Shown here: piece by piece, positions 31,433-41,769 of the stretch
Position numbering within the stretch: the first letter of the stretch is position 1
Layout of the letters: each line of letters begins with the position of its first letter
Source: an uncultured Rivularia sp.
Lineage (GTDB): Bacteria > Cyanobacteriota > Cyanobacteriia > Cyanobacteriales > Nostocaceae
Assembly: GCA_963665115.1 (NCBI GenBank)
Contig: OY762007.1
Coordinates: forward strand, 2,528,001-2,592,000
DNA: 64,000 bases
Reading direction: 5' to 3'
Notes under the pieces: generated by a model
Databases searched by the model: none
What the model was told of the DNA's origin: nothing
The model's input: only the letters and a program-made list of their open reading frames with translations
Translations under genes and position numbers: made by a program

Positions 31433-31696
31433 TTAATCCTGCGGTTGAGGAAGAGGACAGCAGTTAACATCGTTTAGACAAACTTTACCCCAGTGCAAAG
31501 CCCAACGGACAAGAGCAACTCGGTTTTCGGTTTGTGTTTTGGTAAGAATATTGCTGATATGGTTATCAACAGTACGCTTACTTATTTCCAGTTTCACTGC
31601 AATTTGTTGGTTAGTTAAGCCAGTGGCCACTAAGTCGATTATTTGCAGTTCTCTGTCTGACAGACTAACAGGGGTCTGAGACTCGCCACCAGCCAT
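31433..31696 (-). CDS. pedR: Small LuxR-type redox-responsive regulator PedR
   Basis: LSDRELQIIDLV...GLTNQQIA...ISKRTVDNH HTH and C-terminal GKVCLNDVNCC cysteines. Confidence 0.85.
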   Translation of the reverse strand: MAGGESQTPVSLSDRELQIIDLVATGLTNQQIAVKLEISKRTVDNHISNILTKTQTENRVALVRWALHWGKVCLNDVNCCPLPQPQD

Positions 31697-32049
31697 TATA
31701 ATTTCCATCCTCCCAATTAGTGGTAAATGTACTCAATCGCTCTTTCCTATTGTAGAAGATTCTTTTACTGGTAGGCGTTTCAACTGTTTAGTGCAATACG
31801 ATTGTCTATAATTTCTTTATTTTTGCAGTAGGGAGCTATACAGTATTTTATATTAGTATTTATTTTAACTTTATATCGGAAAAAAAATTAGAGTTATTAC
31901 TGTTGGGAAACTTGGAATGCAAGAGTTAATGAAGACAATTATTAAAGAATATTGCTGTTTATTTGTATGAAGCATTGCTTTAGCAGTGCTAAATATTAGT
32001 GTAGGTTTTATACAGAATTTCTCTTTATAAATCAAAAAGTGGTTAGGAA

Positions 32050-33021
32050 ATGAGCAATCCCCGTGTTTTATGTTTGGGTGAAATACTATATGACGTGCTT
32101 GCCGATCAATTAGGGCGATCGCTCTCAGAAGTTGAATCCTGGACTTCTTATCCAGGAGGGGCACCAGCGAATGTTGCTTGTGCCCTACTAAAACTGGGAA
32201 CGTCATCAGGATTTATTGGCGCAGTGGGTGAAGATGAACCCGGAAAGGATCTAGTAAAGCTTTTAGAAGAAATTGGTGTAGATACAACTGGGGTGCAGCG
32301 TCATCCCTCTTCACCTACCCGACAAGTATTAGTGACGCGAAAACAAAATGGCGATCGCGTGTTTTCTGGATTTAAGGATTATGACACCGCAGAATTTGCC
32401 GATACTCGTCTCAAAGCTGCCGAATTGCCAGAAAATTTATTTGCAGCAGCCGAAATTTTAGTCATCGGAACATTAGAATTAGCCTATCCCGAAACTGGTG
32501 CAGCAGTTCACCGTGCGCTACAGTTAGCTTCTCAACACAATGTGAAGATTTTGCTTGATGTCAACTGGCGCGATGTATTTTGGAAAAATCCCGATGCTGC
32601 TCCCGAAAAAATTCGCGAATTAATTAAAAAAGTAGATTTCCTCAAGCTTGCTAAGGAAGAAGCCGACTTATTATTTGATACTCACGATGCCGGGGCAATT
32701 ACTTATCGCCTCAACACTGTAGAAGGGGTATTAGTCACCGACGGAGATAAAGGTTGTGCTTATTGTCTCGGTGAGAATGAAGATAAATTTCCGGCTTTTT
32801 CCGTTCCTGTTGTTGACACAACTGGTGCGGGGGATAGTTTTGTCGCTGGCTTTGTTCACCAACTGTTGCAGACGGGAGTACAAAATTTAAAGGATGCGGA
32901 AGTCGTGAAAAAAATCATCGCTTATGCCAGTGCTGCGGGAGCTTTGACTACATTAAAACCCGGTGCTATTGCTTCTCAACCTACAGCAGAGGAAGTAGAA
33001 AAGTTTTTGAAGGAGCATTGA
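32050..33021 (+). CDS. PfkB-family carbohydrate kinase (fructokinase-like)
   Basis: GGAPANVA, DVNWR and DTTGAGDSF. Confidence 0.92.
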   Translation: MSNPRVLCLGEILYDVLADQLGRSLSEVESWTSYPGGAPANVACALLKLGTSSGFIGAVGEDEPGKDLVKLLEEIGVDTTGVQRHPSSPTRQVLVTRKQNGDRVFSGFKDYDTAEFADTRLKAAELPENLFAAAEILVIGTLELAYPETGAAVHRALQLASQHNVKILLDVNWRDVFWKNPDAAPEKIRELIKKVDFLKLAKEEADLLFDTHDAGAITYRLNTVEGVLVTDGDKGCAYCLGENEDKFPAFSVPVVDTTGAGDSFVAGFVHQLLQTGVQNLKDAEVVKKIIAYASAAGALTTLKPGAIASQPTAEEVEKFLKEH

Positions 33022-33230
33022 ATATATCGTTTAAGTAGCAGGTAGGTTGGGTTAGACACGATTTACAGTTTGAAAGGCAATAGTAAATTTTTGATTATCG
33101 TGTCGTAACCCAACATCAATATTTTAGGTAAGTTCAAATATTGCACAATTTTTTATCGACAATCTTCTGATGAAAAGCTTGTCTGGCAGTTTCAACCGCC
33201 ATTAACTTAGTGTTTACCAAGAATTTCCCA

Positions 33231-33710
33231 TCACAATTTTTCTACAATATTCCGCACAATATCTTCAAGCGACTCTGATATCTCTACTGTAATAGCGTCT
33301 GATGGTTCTTCAAGGATATCAAATTGACTTTTAAGAAGTTTTTCGCTCATAAAGTGATTTAATCGTTCTTTTAAGCGTTTATGAATCAATTCAAATGAAC
33401 CTTTGAGATAAACCAGCTTTACAGATTCACTATCTATTAAAAGCATCTGACGATAACTTTCTTTCAAAGCCGAACAAGTTATAACTATATTTGTATTTTC
33501 TGACAAACGCTGTTTGATAACATCTTGGATTTTTTGCAGCCACGGTACTCTATCTGTATCACTTAATGCAATACCGTTTTGCATTTTGTCAATATTCTCT
33601 TGTGGATGGAAATCGTCAGCATCGGCAAATTTATATCCTAACGATTCTGCCAGTTTTTCACCAACGGTAGTTTTACCCGAACCCGAAACGCCCATTACAA
33701 GAATAATCAT
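33231..33710 (-). CDS. gntK: Gluconokinase (GntK/IdnK family)
   Basis: GVSGSGKT, DADDFH, CSALK and HFM...LLKSQF.ILEEP. Confidence 0.9.
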   Translation of the reverse strand: MIILVMGVSGSGKTTVGEKLAESLGYKFADADDFHPQENIDKMQNGIALSDTDRVPWLQKIQDVIKQRLSENTNIVITCSALKESYRQMLLIDSESVKLVYLKGSFELIHKRLKERLNHFMSEKLLKSQFDILEEPSDAITVEISESLEDIVRNIVEKL

Positions 33711-33922
33711 CTACAAATTTAAAGCTAAAATTACTGTTTTTTTAGAAAAATAATGTATAAATTTGATACTAATTTTCAAAAAATGTATCATTCATATACC
33801 AAAAACTTTTGCTCAATTCCTTCTTAATTTATAATATTTAAGCTAAAATTCGATGCATAAGTCTAAATAGTTTAACCCTATTTAATTACAAATCATATTT
33901 ATAGCTAAATAATAATTAAGAA

Positions 33923-35395
33923 ATGAGCGCTGAAATTAATCCAGGAACTCTAATCAATAATCGCTATATAATTCAGAAAACTCTGGGAAGGGGCGGGTTT
34001 GGAAGAACTTATTTAGCTTTAGATAATCAGCGTTTTAACGAACCCTGCGTTCTTAAGGAGTTCTTACCCGATACTCAAAACGAGGGCGTTATTGAAAAAT
34101 CAAAAGAATTATTTGAACGGGAAGCAAAAGTTCTATATCAAATTAAACATCAACAAATTCCTGAGTTTTTGGCTTTGTTGACTCACGATAGACAACTGTT
34201 TATCGTTCAGGAGTATATTAACGGCAAAACTTATTTACAAATATTAGACGAACGTCTTACTAAGACTCGGAAGCCATTTTCGGAAGCGGAAGTTAGAACA
34301 TGGCTTTTAGATATGCTACCAGTTTTAGAATATATTCACAGTTGTAATATTATTCACCGCGATATTTCATTAGAAAATGTCATGCTTGCCAATAATCAAT
34401 CGAAACCAATATTGATTGATTTTGGAGTTGTTAAAGAGAAGTTTACCCAAATATTTTCAAGTCATTCGTCCCAATCCTTTAGACAAGCTTCGGTAGTAGG
34501 AAAAATTGGTTATTCACCACCAGAACAATTGCGTTTGGGACATTGTTATCCTTCCAGCGATATGTACGCACTTGCTGTTAGTGCGCTGATTCTTTTGACT
34601 GGTAAAATGCCGCATTTATTAATAGATGACTCTTTAAACTGGAACTGGCAATCTCATGTAAATCTTAGTAACTCTTTAGCTGGCATTCTTAATAAAATGT
34701 TGGCAGCAGTACCCAGCGAACGTTATCAATCGGCAAAGGAAGTAATAGCAGGGCTAACAAATAATCAAAGTTATAATACCAATTTGAACCAGACGGTTAC
34801 TAATAATAACTTGAAGCCAAAAATGTCATTAGGTGGCATTATTTCAAGTATATTACCGAGAAGAACCCAACAGAACGAGCAACAGAATGCGAATAATGAG
34901 AATCATTTTGAACAACTTGGACAAACACCAGTTTCTCAAAATCCCCAATTTGTAGATTATTGTCGTTCCCAGCTTACTAGTTTTGTAGGACCTTTAGCTA
35001 GTATTGTGATGGAGCAAACTTTGTCAGAAAACCCCGATATGGTGTCCAAAGATTTTGTAGAAGTTTTAGCTCAAAAAATTCCAGACGCACAAAGAGCAGA
35101 AAGTTTTAGAAGTCAGATCAAACTTCTTAAAGAATATAAAACAGAACAACCTCGCAAGCTAAATCAATCGGTTTCAAGTTTAACAACCACTCCTGCAATT
35201 AGTCACCCAGACTTTCTAGATTATTGCCGTAGAGAATTTAGCAGTTTTGTGGGACCTTTTGCTAGTGTAGTTATTAAAGATACTTTAGAGGAAAATCCAG
35301 ATTTAACTCCGAAGCAACTTGTAGAAAGATTGATGACTGGAATTCCTAATCGCAAAAGAGCAAAGGAATTTGAACAACGGATTCTTAAAGATTGA
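33923..35395 (+). CDS. Ser/Thr protein kinase with two C-terminal helical repeats
   Basis: GRGGFG, HRDIS and DFG; two copies of DYCR...SFVGP.AS...ENPD...IP...RA..F. Confidence 0.88.
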   Translation: MSAEINPGTLINNRYIIQKTLGRGGFGRTYLALDNQRFNEPCVLKEFLPDTQNEGVIEKSKELFEREAKVLYQIKHQQIPEFLALLTHDRQLFIVQEYINGKTYLQILDERLTKTRKPFSEAEVRTWLLDMLPVLEYIHSCNIIHRDISLENVMLANNQSKPILIDFGVVKEKFTQIFSSHSSQSFRQASVVGKIGYSPPEQLRLGHCYPSSDMYALAVSALILLTGKMPHLLIDDSLNWNWQSHVNLSNSLAGILNKMLAAVPSERYQSAKEVIAGLTNNQSYNTNLNQTVTNNNLKPKMSLGGIISSILPRRTQQNEQQNANNENHFEQLGQTPVSQNPQFVDYCRSQLTSFVGPLASIVMEQTLSENPDMVSKDFVEVLAQKIPDAQRAESFRSQIKLLKEYKTEQPRKLNQSVSSLTTTPAISHPDFLDYCRREFSSFVGPFASVVIKDTLEENPDLTPKQLVERLMTGIPNRKRAKEFEQRILKD

Positions 35396-35552
35396 GAATG
35401 GGTAATTGGTAATAGGTAGTTGGTAATAGTATTTGCAAAAATTGTTACAATTTTGATTTGTATAACCCTTGATTTTTATCAGTCAAATTACTATTTTTTT
35501 GCTTGTAGAGTAAAATTTATTACTTTTTTTCAAGAAAAGAAAAATTAAATTA

Positions 35553-36716
35553 TTAAGGTGTATTGTTTGCAATCTTGTATATACAAACAACTTTCTCTCG
35601 CCATGTAGACTCTTTCACAAATTCCATCCCAATTTTTTCTAAAACTTTTATTGAAGTTTGATTTTCTGGTTCGACAATTCCTAAAATATAATCAAAATTA
35701 AACTTACCAAAACCATATTTCAAACAAGCCTTCGCTGCTTCGGTTGCTAAACCCTGTCCCCAAAATTCCGAATCAATTCTATAACCCAATTCGTTTTCAA
35801 GTTTACCTTCTATTTCTTCAACCGCAATTCCACAATAGCCGATTAAACGTCCGCTTTCGCGATAAATTACAGCCCATTTTCCATAACCTTGTTTTTGATA
35901 AGAATCAAGAAAACTTTGAACTTTTACGGCTGTTTGTTTATAGGATAATATACCACTGGGTGAAAATTGCATTACTTCAGGTTTCGCAAGAATTTGCGCT
36001 AATGCTTCAATATCTGAAACTTGAAACTCGCGAATAATTAAACGTTCGGTTTGAGTAATAATTTTTTCTTCAATATCATTTTTAGTTGTAGCTAAACTAG
36101 ATATTCTCAAAACCTTTGCTAACCACTTAGTTTTAGAATTTAACCACAGAGTAAAAACAAGAAATAAATGTATTGCAAGAGTTATTTGAGCATAGGGTTT
36201 TACCGAAAAATCGTATATTCTTACCCAATCTCCGCGAAAAGCAGTGAATGAAAGCAGCGGATAAGCTACCAGCGAGAAAACAAGTTGAGCTTGAGCAAAA
36301 GTGTAAAATAAATGTTTTAAAACTGCTTTTTTAACCAAAGGTACCGCTAGAATCGCTAAAAAACCTAAAGTAATCGAAACTAAATTACCGCTAAACGCAA
36401 TCCACCAAGATTCTACAGGAAGAAAATTTCCCACAGCGATAACATAACCCCAAGCAACTCGCCATTGAAATTCTCTAACTTCACCACCTACCTGTAAAGT
36501 AGCTAAAGCGTGTCCAACTTCGTGAAAAAACACTCCTAACGGAATTAAAATAAAAACTGCAACTCTTTCTAACAAAAATCTATCTTTGGCAGTTACTTTG
36601 TCATCCCAAAATGAACGCCAATTGTTGAATAAACGAAAAATGGTGTCAATGCTGAGAATAGCGTAAATAATCGCCATGAAATCGAATGATGAGTCATTGA
36701 ACATAAATAACCTCAA
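35553..36716 (-). CDS. Fusion of an M50-like membrane metallopeptidase and a RimJ/RimL-type GNAT
   Basis: N-terminal HEVGH with TM helices and GDW; C-terminal TERLIIR...ELGY...WGQGLATEA...NQTSIKVLEKIG. Confidence 0.75.
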   Translation of the reverse strand: MRLFMFNDSSFDFMAIIYAILSIDTIFRLFNNWRSFWDDKVTAKDRFLLERVAVFILIPLGVFFHEVGHALATLQVGGEVREFQWRVAWGYVIAVGNFLPVESWWIAFSGNLVSITLGFLAILAVPLVKKAVLKHLFYTFAQAQLVFSLVAYPLLSFTAFRGDWVRIYDFSVKPYAQITLAIHLFLVFTLWLNSKTKWLAKVLRISSLATTKNDIEEKIITQTERLIIREFQVSDIEALAQILAKPEVMQFSPSGILSYKQTAVKVQSFLDSYQKQGYGKWAVIYRESGRLIGYCGIAVEEIEGKLENELGYRIDSEFWGQGLATEAAKACLKYGFGKFNFDYILGIVEPENQTSIKVLEKIGMEFVKESTWREKVVCIYKIANNTP

Positions 36717-36717
36717 A

Positions 36718-37101
36718 TCAAATTAGTTTGATTGGGTAAGCACGAATTGCTTTATCCGCTGTTGCAATTGATAAATTATGTTGTAAAGCTTGACAAATCA
36801 ACATTCTATCAAAAGGATCGCGATGTAAAGACGGTAGTTTTGTAAGTTGAACTACACTGCTTTCATCTAGATTCAGATTAATAATTTGATGGCGATCGCG
36901 CTGTCTGGGAAGATAAATATCGGGAGGTTCTGGTAATGGTAATTTACCCAATTTATATTTAACAATACATTCCCAAATTGAAATAATACTTAAATAGACT
37001 TCATTGTCATAATCACAAATAGCATTTCTAACCTCTGTTGATAATCTGTTATCACCATTGACAAACCATAAAAAAATGTGTGTATCTAGAAGAATTTTCA
37101 T
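36718..37101 (-). CDS. vapC: VapC PIN-domain toxin
   Basis: LLDTHIFLW, SIWE, HRDPFDRMLICQA and TAD; 4-bp overlap with the antitoxin. Confidence 0.92.
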   Translation of the reverse strand: MKILLDTHIFLWFVNGDNRLSTEVRNAICDYDNEVYLSIISIWECIVKYKLGKLPLPEPPDIYLPRQRDRHQIINLNLDESSVVQLTKLPSLHRDPFDRMLICQALQHNLSIATADKAIRAYPIKLI

Positions 37102-37337
37102 TTGCCCTCAAATGCATCCAAAATATCATCTGGTAAAGGATCATCAAAATCATCGGGTACTGTAAATTCTCCTTTACACAAAGCAAATGGTCTTCGTGGC
37201 TTTTTATTATTTATAATTGGCTTAAGTTCGGCAATAGGCTTGTCTTCTTGCATAATAATAAAGCTTTCACCTGCTTCAACTTGATTTAGGTACTTTGAAG
37301 GATTTTCTTGAATTTCTTGGATTGTGATTTGTTGCAT
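37098..37337 (-). CDS. Phd/YefM-family antitoxin
   Basis: 79 aa with VEAGESFII...PIAEL and PDDFDDPLP; directly upstream of vapC. Confidence 0.88.
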   Translation of the reverse strand: MQQITIQEIQENPSKYLNQVEAGESFIIMQEDKPIAELKPIINNKKPRRPFALCKGEFTVPDDFDDPLPDDILDAFEGK

Positions 37338-37429
37338 TTAATTACTTTGGGATAATCTTATCAGGAAAGGAAATACTCAATTTGATTGTAAATCATTAGT
37401 TAAGTTAACTGAATAATAACTAATATCAC

Positions 37430-38059
37430 TTAATACAAACCAAATCGCTCATCTTGTTCAATTAAAGCCTGTATTTCTTCGACGCTTTCTTTAAGATTTG
37501 CTGCATCTACCATTGTTTGCGCTAACGATGGTAAATCATCGATAGATTGCCAATTGTCGCTTTGCCATATTTTAGAGCGCAACATACATTTAGCACAGTG
37601 AAAAAACGCTTTTTTAATATTAACTACAAGCGCAAAATCTGGAATTTTATTATTAATAGCCATACTTTCCCGCAAAGGTGCATCTCTGACAATAATTGCA
37701 CTTCCACTCATTCGCAAAGTTTCACCTTTACCCGGTACGAGAAAGAATAAACCAACTTTGGGATTTTCTAGTATATTTTGAAAAGTATCTGCTCGACGAT
37801 TTCCTAGTCTATCAGGAATAGCTAAGGTATTATCATCAAGTATTTGCACAAATCCGGGTGGATCTCCTTTCGGTGATATATCCATGTTTCCATTAGCATC
37901 TGATGAAGCGATAAATACTAAAGGTGATTTTGCAATAAAAGCGCGACAGTGTTTATCTAATTTTGGGATTACGATATCGGTGACTCGATGGCTGGGATAT
38001 CCCATTACTTCCCGCAGTTGTTCAACGGTGGTGATGATTTCGGAAAATTGAGTTTTCAT
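37430..38059 (-). CDS. Pyridoxamine 5'-phosphate oxidase-like FMN-binding protein (MSMEG_1061 type)
   Basis: DISPKGDPPGFV, PDRLGNRRAD and FHCAKC..RS..W. Confidence 0.85.
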   Translation of the reverse strand: MKTQFSEIITTVEQLREVMGYPSHRVTDIVIPKLDKHCRAFIAKSPLVFIASSDANGNMDISPKGDPPGFVQILDDNTLAIPDRLGNRRADTFQNILENPKVGLFFLVPGKGETLRMSGSAIIVRDAPLRESMAINNKIPDFALVVNIKKAFFHCAKCMLRSKIWQSDNWQSIDDLPSLAQTMVDAANLKESVEEIQALIEQDERFGLY

Positions 38060-38292
38060 GGGTGTTTTCAACTTATTTTAAATTAAGATAGTTTATGAGG
38101 AAATAATAAATAGTCTTTTCTTATTCATCAATATTCTTTAGTAATGGGATAAATTCGATCGGCTATTCCCTATTTAAATAATGTCGGATTAGTTACAAAT
38201 TAACCTCAATCATTAAGAAAAATTAAAAAACCGTTTTTTTCAATCGACTGTTGAAGTTTTACTTAGAATATTACATGGGAGGTAAGTTATAT

Positions 38293-40188
38293 ATGACGGA
38301 TTTATCACAAAATAATCAAAATAATCTGCTTCTACTCGATAAATTAAAAAGCGCCAAACAAGAATATAACTATAGCTATAGTCGTATTCCACCGATTGCG
38401 ATGGTGGATGAACTTCCCGGTAAAGAGAATTTTTCTACTGGCTGGCTGCGTTTGTTGGCTAAGGAGTTAAAAGTTGTTTTTATCAATACTTTGATTGCAA
38501 ACCGGGGAAATCGTGGTTCTGAAAATGTTCGCGATGATGTCAGACTTTTTCTCCTCGAAGTGTTGGCTGAAGGAGCATTACCTTTTAATTTGGGTGTTAC
38601 TGCTAGAGTTTTACAAATTATTCCTAACTTATTACTTACAGGATTATCAAAAGATTATAGCGAAATCGACGAGTTGTTCTTTTCCATACTCAAGGAAAGC
38701 GGACTTTCAATTTTTCAAGATTCCTTGAATCGAGTTAAGAGCCTTCTGTATAAAGATCAAACTACCGGGCATGCAAGCAGTCTGAATGATTATCATAAGC
38801 TGTTTCCAGAAATGGGAGTACCGGAAATAGCTAAGAATTTCTCCGATGATGAACAATTTGCTTATATGCGAGTTGCTGGATACAATCCCGTAACGATCGA
38901 GCAAGTAAATAAATTGGGAGACAGATTTGGGGTTACGGAAGCTCAATTTCAAGAAGTAATGGGAAATGACGATTCTTTAGCCGCAGCAGGAGAAGAAGGA
39001 AGGCTTTACCTGGCTGATTATGGAATTTTAGAAGGTGCTGTGAATGGCACTTTCCCCAAACAACAAAAATATATTTATGCTCCCTTAGCGTTATTTGCTG
39101 TTCCTAAAAATTCCGATGAATCCCCTTTGATGCGTCCAATTGCGATTCAATGCGGTCAAAATCCGCAAGATAATCCTGTTTTCACGCCAAAATCTGATAA
39201 ATATACTTGGTTATTTGCAAAAACCATCGTGCAAATTGCAGATGCTAACTATCACGAGGCTGTAACCCATTTAGGGCGTACTCATTTATTTGTAGGGGCC
39301 CCCTTTGCGATCGCAACTCATCGTCAATTACCAGAAAATCATCCGGTTAATATTCTGTTGCTTCCCCATTTTGAAGGTACTTTAGCAATAAACCATGCAG
39401 CCCAAAGAAGTTTAATTGCTCCTGGTGGGGGTGTGGATAGATTACTTGCATCGACTATTGACAATTCCCGTGTTTTGGCAGCAGTTGGTTTGCAAAGCTA
39501 TGGTTTCAATGAAGCGATGTTGCCCAAGCAATTGGAAAAACGCGGAGTCGATGATATTGAAAAGCTACCTGTTTATCCATACCGCGATGATGCGCTGTTG
39601 ATTTGGAATGCGATTCATGTATGGGTTACAGACTACTTAAAAATTTATTATAAAAGCGATGCCAGCGTTCAAAACGACGCTCATCTTCAGAATTGGGCTA
39701 TTGAAGCAGCAGCTTATGAAGGTGGAAGAGTTCCAGATTTTGGTCAAGAAAATGGGCGCATTCAAACTTTAGATTACCTAATTGATGCTGTAACGCTGAT
39801 TATTTTCACTGCTAGCGCTCAACACGCTGCGGTTAACTTTCCGCAGGGAGACATGATGAACTATGCACCAGCAGTTCCCTTAGCTGGTTATCAACCTGCT
39901 TCAATTCTTGAAGGTAAAGTTAGCGAGGAAGACTACTTAAATTTACTTCCACCTTTAGAGCAAGCCCAGCAACAATTAAATCTAGTCTATATACTTGGAT
40001 CTATTTACTACAAAACTTTAGGTGATTACCCAGATAATTACTTCAAAGATGCCTTAGTCAAAACAGCTTTAAAAGCATTCCAAACAAATTTACTGGAAAT
40101 AGAAGATACTATTCATAAACGCAATAAAAATCGACCGAATTACGAATATTTGCTTCCTTCAAAAATTCCTCAAAGCATCAATATTTAG
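38293..40188 (+). CDS. Lipoxygenase
   Basis: Iron-ligand motifs HEAVTHLGRTH and QHAAVN, C-terminal SINI; also WLFAK and YPYRDD. Confidence 0.95.
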   Translation: MTDLSQNNQNNLLLLDKLKSAKQEYNYSYSRIPPIAMVDELPGKENFSTGWLRLLAKELKVVFINTLIANRGNRGSENVRDDVRLFLLEVLAEGALPFNLGVTARVLQIIPNLLLTGLSKDYSEIDELFFSILKESGLSIFQDSLNRVKSLLYKDQTTGHASSLNDYHKLFPEMGVPEIAKNFSDDEQFAYMRVAGYNPVTIEQVNKLGDRFGVTEAQFQEVMGNDDSLAAAGEEGRLYLADYGILEGAVNGTFPKQQKYIYAPLALFAVPKNSDESPLMRPIAIQCGQNPQDNPVFTPKSDKYTWLFAKTIVQIADANYHEAVTHLGRTHLFVGAPFAIATHRQLPENHPVNILLLPHFEGTLAINHAAQRSLIAPGGGVDRLLASTIDNSRVLAAVGLQSYGFNEAMLPKQLEKRGVDDIEKLPVYPYRDDALLIWNAIHVWVTDYLKIYYKSDASVQNDAHLQNWAIEAAAYEGGRVPDFGQENGRIQTLDYLIDAVTLIIFTASAQHAAVNFPQGDMMNYAPAVPLAGYQPASILEGKVSEEDYLNLLPPLEQAQQQLNLVYILGSIYYKTLGDYPDNYFKDALVKTALKAFQTNLLEIEDTIHKRNKNRPNYEYLLPSKIPQSINI

Positions 40189-40254
40189 CAAAAATAGGTA
40201 ATAGCATTAAGAATCTTTAAAACAGTAAATAAAAGTAAATAATAAAGGAAAATT

Positions 40255-41601
40255 ATGGCAATTAGAGAAGAAGTTATCAAATCTCAAAAACGTCAAATTG
40301 AGCTTTCACGTACTTTAGCTAAAGTCGGCTATGACAGTACAATTGGTCAAATACTACGTTTACGATTGTATTATCAAGACGGCTTATTATTGCTGCGGAA
40401 ATTTAAGAGTTTTCTTTATACAGCTAAAGAAGTGTTTGGAGACAAATTTTTCGGAGGAGACCAAGCAATTATACATACCTCTCATGCTGAAGTAAAGAAA
40501 CTAATGCAAGTCGAACCTCAAGTGCGGGGAAACGATTTGGGTATCATTAGAATGTTAGCTCCGAGCTATTTGCTTAACAACCCGTTGAGTTTGGGAATGA
40601 ACGGTACTCAACATACAGGTGCCCGTGCTTTATTTTTACAAGCTTTACCAGAACCCTCGCAAAACATAGAAACTTTAAGCAATTTAGTTAATCAATGTTT
40701 ATCAGAAGCAGCCCAAAAAGGCGAATTACATATTGGTAAAGACTTACCAAGAATGATGCTGAAAATTTTGCATCAACTTGTTTTCCAAATTTCATTATCT
40801 GAAGAAGAAATCACTGCATCAACTGGTTACAATAAAAAGCTGTTTCTGGCATCTCTACCAAATTTTTTGAATAAATATACGCTGGGATTACTAACAGCAC
40901 CAAGCGTTAAACATCGCCAGCAATTAACGCAGAAATACAAAGAATCCCCACTATGGTCATCTTATCTAGAAACGGGTGCCAAATATAACTTGAATCCACA
41001 TCAAATTGCTAATATTCTTTTTGATATGATTCATATTGCCGGAACTCTTGGTACTAGTGCGCTTTTGGGTTCTACCATTGGGGTTTTATGTTTAGATGAA
41101 GCTTTGAGAAATCAAGTAAGTTCAGAAATTAATACAGTTTGGAATGAGCAAGAAACTCTGAATGCAGATGCTTTAAATAATTCGGTATTAATTAACAAGG
41201 TAATTCTAGAAACCGCCCGTCTTTACCCAGCAGTAAGATTTGTTAGCCAGCTAGCCAAGGAACCAGGAGAAATAGAAATAGGTGAAGCAAAATGCCCATT
41301 CCAAAAAGGTACTCGCTTACTTGGTTCTATCTTTACTGCTAATAGAGATGCTGCAAGATACAATAATCCAGATAGTTTCGATATTGAACGCGATTTTTCA
41401 GATATTTTATCTTGGAACGGTCACGGACACGAACGCGCTTGTCCTGGAAGAGATTTATCCGTCGGCTTAATCAATATCTTCTGTTTATACTTGTTCAAAC
41501 ATTACAAATGGGATTCAATTACAGAAGTTAAATGGGAATTTGAAAAAGTGACTGCTGTGACACCAAATGAATTAGTGTTACAGGGTTTTGCGCGACGTTA
41601 A
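40255..41601 (+). CDS. Atypical cytochrome P450
   Basis: ExxR (ETAR), ANRD, heme loop SWNGHGHERACPG. The I-helix AGTLGTS lacks the usual E/D-T pair. Confidence 0.88.
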   Translation: MAIREEVIKSQKRQIELSRTLAKVGYDSTIGQILRLRLYYQDGLLLLRKFKSFLYTAKEVFGDKFFGGDQAIIHTSHAEVKKLMQVEPQVRGNDLGIIRMLAPSYLLNNPLSLGMNGTQHTGARALFLQALPEPSQNIETLSNLVNQCLSEAAQKGELHIGKDLPRMMLKILHQLVFQISLSEEEITASTGYNKKLFLASLPNFLNKYTLGLLTAPSVKHRQQLTQKYKESPLWSSYLETGAKYNLNPHQIANILFDMIHIAGTLGTSALLGSTIGVLCLDEALRNQVSSEINTVWNEQETLNADALNNSVLINKVILETARLYPAVRFVSQLAKEPGEIEIGEAKCPFQKGTRLLGSIFTANRDAARYNNPDSFDIERDFSDILSWNGHGHERACPGRDLSVGLINIFCLYLFKHYKWDSITEVKWEFEKVTAVTPNELVLQGFARR

Positions 41602-41769
41602 TAAGAACTTAGGCATTAAGGATTGAGCATAGAGATAAGAATCAAAAAATACTCGCTCAAAAATAATTGGTTGTTGCTTTTTTATTCTGATCTAATCCAA
41701 AATCGTAAATCTGTCTTGGAAAGTTTGATGGGAAGAACATTTCTCTATCAACTTTCCACAAAATAAAAA

